A DNA stretch of 58,765 nucleotides from an uncultured Eubacteriales bacterium (GTDB taxonomy: Bacteria; Bacillota; Clostridia; Oscillospirales; Acutalibacteraceae), in assembly GCA_964634675.1 (NCBI GenBank), contig CAZWLH010000001.1, positions 1 through 58,765 on the forward strand, given 5' to 3'. Under the pieces are notes generated by a model. That model did not search any database, had not been told where the DNA came from, and saw only the letters and a program-made list of their open reading frames with translations. Below are positions 54,437 through 58,765 of the stretch, piece after piece (position 1 is the stretch's first letter; every line of letters begins with the position of its first letter). The position numbers and the translations under genes are program-made.

Positions 54437-55248
54437 TGGGACTTTTTCAAAAGAATTATGACAAGCCCGGCAAGGGCGTTTCGAAAAACGAGCCTCAAAA
54501 AAGAGGATTTTTTCGCTTTTTCGAGCTTTATTTTCGCAATTTCTGGATGCTGATATCTTCCCAGCTCTGGATGGTGCTGTTGTGTATTCCCGTTTTGTCC
54601 ACGGGACTCGGACAGGTCGGTATGGCTTATATCTGCCGTATGGCGGCAAGAGACAAGCACGTTTTCGTAACCTCCGACTTTTTCGGCACAATAAAGAAGA
54701 ACTGGAAAAAGGCTTTGCCGCTCGGTATTATAAACACTCTTATCGGTGTGATAATCGCCGCCGATATCTATGTCCTTTACATTTTTTGGACACAAGACAT
54801 CATTAGCAAGACCTGGGGTGCGATAATCTTCGCCGTTACGATGTTCTTCTTCACTATGTTCAGCTTTGCGAAGTTCTATCAGTACACACTTATGATTACC
54901 TTTGATTTCAAGCTGAAAACTATTTTCAAAAACTCCTGGCTTTTCGCCACGCTCGGAATAAAGCATAATATCATAGTCGGTATAGTGCTCTCACTTTGCT
55001 ATATTGCGGCTTTTTGGTTGATAATCATAAATCCGACCATCGGAATTACGCTGACTGTACTGCTCGGAGTCTTCATTTTCCCTTCGTTCCGTGCTTTTCT
55101 CATTCAGTATAACGTTTTCCCCGAGATCAAAAGGTACATAATCGATCCCTATTACGAGGAGCATCCCGATGAGGATATCGAAAAGCGCCGTGATTTGGGA
55201 CTGATTGAGGAGGAGCCCGAGGAAGCCGTCTTTGATGACGACAAATAG
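54436..55248 (+). CDS. YesL/DUF624 family membrane protein
   Basis: 270 aa. The N-terminus (...GFFRFFELYFRNFWMLISSQLWMVLLCIPVLSTG) is typical of DUF624. Confidence 0.7.
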   Translation: MGLFQKNYDKPGKGVSKNEPQKRGFFRFFELYFRNFWMLISSQLWMVLLCIPVLSTGLGQVGMAYICRMAARDKHVFVTSDFFGTIKKNWKKALPLGIINTLIGVIIAADIYVLYIFWTQDIISKTWGAIIFAVTMFFFTMFSFAKFYQYTLMITFDFKLKTIFKNSWLFATLGIKHNIIVGIVLSLCYIAAFWLIIINPTIGITLTVLLGVFIFPSFRAFLIQYNVFPEIKRYIIDPYYEEHPDEDIEKRRDLGLIEEEPEEAVFDDDK

Positions 55249-55250
55249 GC

Positions 55251-56528
55251 TCAAAGCGAAAGCTTTCTTATATTGAACATATTCGACAGTATGCGCCAAT
55301 TCTGCTCATAAAAGCTGTTTATTGTCCAATAGCTCACTCCGCCGAGCCCCAAGTCGTTGATAAAACCCAAGCGTTCGGCGGTGCTGCGCGCATTTTCGAA
55401 CCACACGATATGCTCGGCTCCGTTTCGTTCATACTCGAAAAAGGGTGCTCTTGCGGTGTTTGAAAATTTTATTTCGGAGCCTGTTTCATAAGCCAGGCGC
55501 TCGGCTCCGTTTATTGTCAGAACACGGGCAGGGCGACCCTCCTCGAACGGCAGTGTCCAATCATAGCCGTAGTTCGGCATACCCATAAGTATTTTTTCGC
55601 TCGGTATTTCGGACACCGCATATGACAGAACGCGTTTGACCTCGGTGTAGGGAGCTACTGCCATAGGCGGCCCGTATAAATAGCCCCATTCATAGGTCAT
55701 TGCAACCGTGTAATCGACCGTCGAGCCGTGGAACGAATAATCGTGTGCCTCATAAAGTCTGCCCGCTTGGGATGAAGACACCTTCGGTGCCAAGGCTGTC
55801 GACAAAATGAGTCCGTTCTGCACGGCGGCTTCGCTCAACCGTTTTAAAAACTCATTATATGCTCCCCTGTCGTCGGCATAGAGATATTCGAAATCAATGT
55901 TGATTCCGCTGTAACCCTTGCGCACAGCCGTCGAGATAATACTGCCGATGAGGTTTTTTGAAGCTTCCGCACTTTCGAGCACCGCTCGTGCCGTGTCACC
56001 GTTGAAGCCGCCACTGTCGGTGTTGGTTATCACGATTATCGGTGCGACACCGGCCGCTTTTGCGGCGGCGATGACACGTGTGTCGTCTGCTCCGACAAGA
56101 CTTCCGTCGGGATTTATACTGTATGAAAAGACCGACAGATAGGTAAGATACGGCAGTGTGCTTTGGAGCACATTTTCCGAAATGCTCGGATAAGCATAGC
56201 CGTTGACCGATATTGTCCTTTTGGCAAGCCGACCGTCGGGTACTGCTATCACCTGCCCGGGATAAATCGTATACGGCGACCGCAGCTCTCTGTTGGCGGC
56301 CTTTATGTCATCGAGTGTGACCCCGTAATGCGAGGCTATACTGTAAAGCGACTCTCCCTCGGACACGGTGTGCAATACTCCGCTTATCGGAATCAGTACA
56401 TCCTGCCCCACCGACAGTCTGTCGGGGTCGTAAAGACCGTTGAAGCGTTCTGTCTCAGACGTTGTCACCCCGAATTTTCTGCCTATATTATACAGCGTGT
56501 CTCCGCTTTTTGCAGTGTATATTATCAC
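55251..56528 (-). CDS. Two LysM domains + glycoside hydrolase family 18 domain (YaaH/SleL-like)
   Basis: 425 aa with a GTG start. It has two LysM repeats (YTAKSGDTLYNIGRKFGV; HTVSEGESLYSIASHYGV) and the GH18 motif GINIDFEY. Confidence 0.85.
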   Translation of the reverse strand: MIIYTAKSGDTLYNIGRKFGVTTSETERFNGLYDPDRLSVGQDVLIPISGVLHTVSEGESLYSIASHYGVTLDDIKAANRELRSPYTIYPGQVIAVPDGRLAKRTISVNGYAYPSISENVLQSTLPYLTYLSVFSYSINPDGSLVGADDTRVIAAAKAAGVAPIIVITNTDSGGFNGDTARAVLESAEASKNLIGSIISTAVRKGYSGINIDFEYLYADDRGAYNEFLKRLSEAAVQNGLILSTALAPKVSSSQAGRLYEAHDYSFHGSTVDYTVAMTYEWGYLYGPPMAVAPYTEVKRVLSYAVSEIPSEKILMGMPNYGYDWTLPFEEGRPARVLTINGAERLAYETGSEIKFSNTARAPFFEYERNGAEHIVWFENARSTAERLGFINDLGLGGVSYWTINSFYEQNWRILSNMFNIRKLSL

Positions 56529-56602
56529 TGTACCACTCCCTAACCTTAATTTTCTGTCTATATTTATGCAAAAAAATTTCCGATATTAACCGGAGGTAAA
56601 AT

Positions 56603-57307
56603 ATGAAGCTCCCACTCAATTTAATAACCGACGGCTGCAAGGATTTTCTTGAGCTTGATTCGCTTGCCTTGTCAAGACTTGAAAAGTATGCCGAAATTTT
56701 GGTTGAATGGAACGAAAAAATAAATCTGACCGCCATAACCGACCCCGAGGGAATTGCCGCAAAGCATTTTCTCGACTGTCTTATGATATTCAAATATGCC
56801 GATATCGAAAACGGTGCTTCGGTCATCGACATCGGCACCGGTGCAGGATTTCCTGGCGTTGTTATGAAGATCGCACGTCCCGATATCAAGCTCACACTTA
56901 TGGATTCCTTGCAAAAGCGTATAAACTTTCTCGAAACGCTTTGCGCCGAGCTTGAATTGCCCGTGACTGCGGTTCATTCCCGTGCCGAGGATGTTCCGAG
57001 CGGTATGCGTGAGGCATATGACGTTGCGGTGGCAAGAGCGGTTGCCAATATGCGTGTGCTTTCCGAATACTGTATTCCTTATGTTAAGCCGAGCGGCCGT
57101 TTCATTGCTATGAAGGGAGCATCGGCCGAGACCGAAGCTCTTGAGGCTTCGAAGGCTGTTTCACTGCTCGGCGGCAAGATCGAGGCCACCGACTGCTTCA
57201 CTCTCGGCGAATACGGTGAAAGAGGAATAATCACCGTGAAAAAGATATCACAAACTCCGACAAAATATCCGAGAAATGCCGGAAAAATCTCAAAACAACC
57301 CCTATAA
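56603..57307 (+). CDS. rsmG: 16S rRNA (guanine527-N7)-methyltransferase RsmG (GidB)
   Basis: 234 aa with the SAM motif VIDIGTGAGFPG and GGAGG RBS. Confidence 0.9.
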   Translation: MKLPLNLITDGCKDFLELDSLALSRLEKYAEILVEWNEKINLTAITDPEGIAAKHFLDCLMIFKYADIENGASVIDIGTGAGFPGVVMKIARPDIKLTLMDSLQKRINFLETLCAELELPVTAVHSRAEDVPSGMREAYDVAVARAVANMRVLSEYCIPYVKPSGRFIAMKGASAETEALEASKAVSLLGGKIEATDCFTLGEYGERGIITVKKISQTPTKYPRNAGKISKQPL

Positions 57308-57316
57308 TTTGTCGAA

Positions 57317-57341
57317 TCGGGCGGAATTCCGTCCGATTTTT
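57317..57341 (+). terminator. Rho-independent terminator after rsmG
   Basis: TCGGGCGG-aatt-CCGTCCGA (one G-U pair) followed by TTTTT. Confidence 0.75.
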
Positions 57342-57355
57342 GTTTATCATTTTAC

Positions 57356-57384
57356 TTGATTTTATTTCCAAATTATGGTAATAT
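57356..57384 (+). promoter_or_regulatory. Sigma-70-type promoter of noc
   Basis: TTGATT (57356-57361), 17 nt, TAATAT (57379-57384). Its position excludes ATG 57385 as the start codon. Confidence 0.5.
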
Positions 57385-57414
57385 ATGCTTGCAGTCGGGA
57401 GGAGGACAAGGGAT

Positions 57415-58251
57415 ATGCTGTTAGACCGAAAAAGAAACGACCGCAAGCTGATAAGTCTGTCGCCTGACAACATATCTCCGTCACCGTTTCAGCCGAGACG
57501 CGAGTTCGACTATTATGAGCTTTTGGAGCTTGCCTCGAGCATTCAGCGAAACGGACTCATTCAGCCGATGACCGTCAGACGTGTCGGTGACCGATATGAG
57601 CTGATATCGGGAGAACGTCGGCTGAGAGCCAGCGTTATGGCAGGTCTTAAAACGGTTCCCTGCATACTTGTCACCGCCGGCGACCGTGAGTGCTCGCTTA
57701 TGTGTCTAATCGAAAACATTCAGCGCACCGACCTGAGCTTTTTCGAGGAAGCCGACGGAATAAAGCGGCTTATGGAGGAGTTTTCGCTGACACAGCAGGA
57801 GGTTGCCGAAAAGCTCTCTATGGCGCAGTCGACACTTTCGAATAAGCTTCGCTTGCTGCGGCTGACGCCCGAGCAGCGAACACGCATAACCGCAGGAAAT
57901 CTCACTGAACGGCACGCACGTGCGTTTATCCGTCTGCCCGAGGAGCGGCGTGACGAGGTAATCAACCGCTGCCTTGCCGAGCAGCTGTCGCTCAGCGAGA
58001 CCGAAGCCTTGGTCGATACCATCGTTTCCCCTGCTCCCACAAAGCCGCAAAGCGAGCGCAAAGGCTCGGTCGGCGATATAAGGATTTTCACCAACAGCAT
58101 CACAAAAATAATAGGAAGCATGAGAAAATCGGGTGTTGAAGCCACCTCGAGAAAAAGCGAGACCGAAAGCTATATTGAATACACCATAACCATTCCCAAG
58201 CTTCGCACAAGGCAGGAGACCAAGACTTCAGCCTTCGATATGACGGTATAG
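57415..58251 (+). CDS. noc: ParB-family nucleoid occlusion protein (Noc-like)
   Basis: Start set at ATG 57415 (GGAGGAGGA 8 nt upstream), giving 278 aa. It has ParB box motifs (ELISGERRLRA, LIENIQR) and an HTH. The C-terminal ...YIEYTITIPK resembles the Bacillus Noc C-terminus as I recall it. It directly follows rsmG, as noc does in Firmicutes. Confidence 0.8.
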   Translation: MLLDRKRNDRKLISLSPDNISPSPFQPRREFDYYELLELASSIQRNGLIQPMTVRRVGDRYELISGERRLRASVMAGLKTVPCILVTAGDRECSLMCLIENIQRTDLSFFEEADGIKRLMEEFSLTQQEVAEKLSMAQSTLSNKLRLLRLTPEQRTRITAGNLTERHARAFIRLPEERRDEVINRCLAEQLSLSETEALVDTIVSPAPTKPQSERKGSVGDIRIFTNSITKIIGSMRKSGVEATSRKSETESYIEYTITIPKLRTRQETKTSAFDMTV

Positions 58252-58291
58252 CCGTCTTTGAAAATGCCCACCCATATTCATCCCCATACAA

Positions 58292-58338
58292 CCGACAACC
58301 GTCGTGCCCTTCCTCGGGTGCGGCGGTTGTCGGCTTTT
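58292..58338 (+). terminator. Rho-independent terminator after noc
   Basis: CCGACAACCG (58292-58301) pairs with CGGTTGTCGG (58324-58333) and is followed by CTTTT. The loop is large (22 nt). Confidence 0.6.
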
Positions 58339-58677
58339 GTTGGTGTCTTTAGACGTGGAAACAAACCCTCGGTTCTACCGGGGGGATAGAAAACTTAGCG
58401 AAGCGCACTCTTGCCTCCCCTTGTCAGGGGAGGTGGCTGCGGCAAAGCCGCAGACGGAAGGGTAGTTAACAGCATCTCTCCCTCAGTCTCGCTACCGCTC
58501 GCCGGCTTCCTCGTCAGAGGGAACCAAGAAAAGCTGAAAACATTACCCGTTTGCGGGTGGCAGTGCAATTGATGCAATAATAAAGTTCAGTGGCCCCTTT
58601 AAGGAGATGCGCCGGTAATAACCCCTTATAGGGGGGTAGAGCAAGCCACCGTTGAACCGGTGGCTTTGATTTAATTT
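58339..58677 (+). ncRNA. Candidate structured non-coding RNA (~330 nt) of unknown class, ending in an intrinsic terminator
   Basis: There is no credible ORF on either strand. Six GC-rich hairpins sit in 330 nt: 58366-58384, 58414-58433, 58437-58453, 58545-58558, 58621-58637 and 58644-58665. The last is followed by TTGATTTAATTT. Two stems contain G-U pairs that would be A-C on the minus strand. Confidence 0.35.
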
Positions 58678-58711
58678 GAGATAAAAGAAATAACAAAACG
58701 GGTAAAAAACA

Positions 58712-58763
58712 TGTTATGATACAATAGATAGGTAACAAAAATAATAGAAAAAACAACTCAAAA
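58712..58763. repeat. Right copy of the perfect 52-bp terminal inverted repeat (partner 1..52)
   Basis: It is the exact reverse complement of bases 1-52. Only 2 further bases (GT) follow before the window ends. Confidence 0.95.
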
Positions 58764-58765
58764 GT

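Noticed and set aside
58344-58363. parS-like sequence TGTCTTTAGACGTGGAAACA just after noc.
   Set aside because: Only the right half (ACGTGgAAACA) resembles the 16-bp parS palindrome TGTTNCACGTGAAACA. The left half and the spacing do not fit. A second half-match at 2126-2141 lies inside a CDS.
58480-58520. Hammerhead-like CUGACGAG motif on the minus strand (58517-58509).
   Set aside because: The following segment does not form a stem II hairpin. The expected GAAA core is GAGAC, and no cleavage-site helix could be drawn.
58339-58677. Possible cobalamin riboswitch. The minus strand carries GGCCACTG, CACTGCCA-hairpin-GGGTAA and GACGAGGAAGCCGGCG, which resemble the GCCACUG element and the B12 box. 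The plus strand has GGGAACC...GCTGAAAAC...AAGGAGATGCGCC.
   Set aside because: Partial matches occur on both strands. The GGUGAAAAUCC-type hairpin is missing. A minus-strand element would run into the convergent noc terminator with nothing to regulate. The G-U evidence and the terminator favour the plus strand. The question stays open pending cmscan.
1-58765. CRISPR arrays, rRNA genes, transposases, integrases, reverse transcriptases and known defence-system genes.
   Set aside because: I found no regularly spaced direct repeats and no ORFs with the corresponding motifs while reading the window and the ORF track.

Overview
This is a 58.8-kb, densely coding window from a Firmicutes/Clostridia-type chromosome. 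I infer that from gene content: an ispH-rpsA fusion, Noc, Jag, a YaaH-like LysM-GH18 protein and a FeoB-associated Cys-rich peptide. All family calls come from reading the translated ORFs and motifs; no database search was possible. Most genes are origin-proximal housekeeping genes, but dnaA/dnaN are absent and the usual gene order is scrambled. They include rpmH-rnpA-yidD-yidC-jag, prfA, tsaC, coaE, mnmE-mnmG, lepA, zapA, htpG, galU, lexA, rnhA, cmk, ispH-rpsA, rsmG and noc. Other content is a feoA-feoA-feoB iron-uptake operon with three copies of a GTTAG-N6-CTAAC palindrome, one tRNA-Arg(CCG), and a candidate preQ1-I riboswitch before queT. The most unusual part is a 13-kb, 8-gene minus-strand operon (7244-20369). 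It holds two ABC importer membrane modules and two solute-binding proteins, one 1045 aa long with tandem CBM-like modules. These are wrapped around an NHL-propeller/TPR/Yip1 fusion protein and a 767-aa lipoprotein, with no ATPase, regulator or recognisable glycosidase. Further points of interest: a roughly 330-nt hairpin-rich non-coding segment with its own terminator after noc (58339-58677); a perfect 52-bp inverted repeat at the two window termini; a MazF/NdoA toxin gene with no upstream antitoxin; an XRE/small-protein/sigma-region-4 cassette next to it; and lexA as the fifth gene of a six-gene operon whose promoter spacer carries a GAAC-N4-GTTT SOS box. No CRISPR array, integrase, transposase or rRNA gene was seen.
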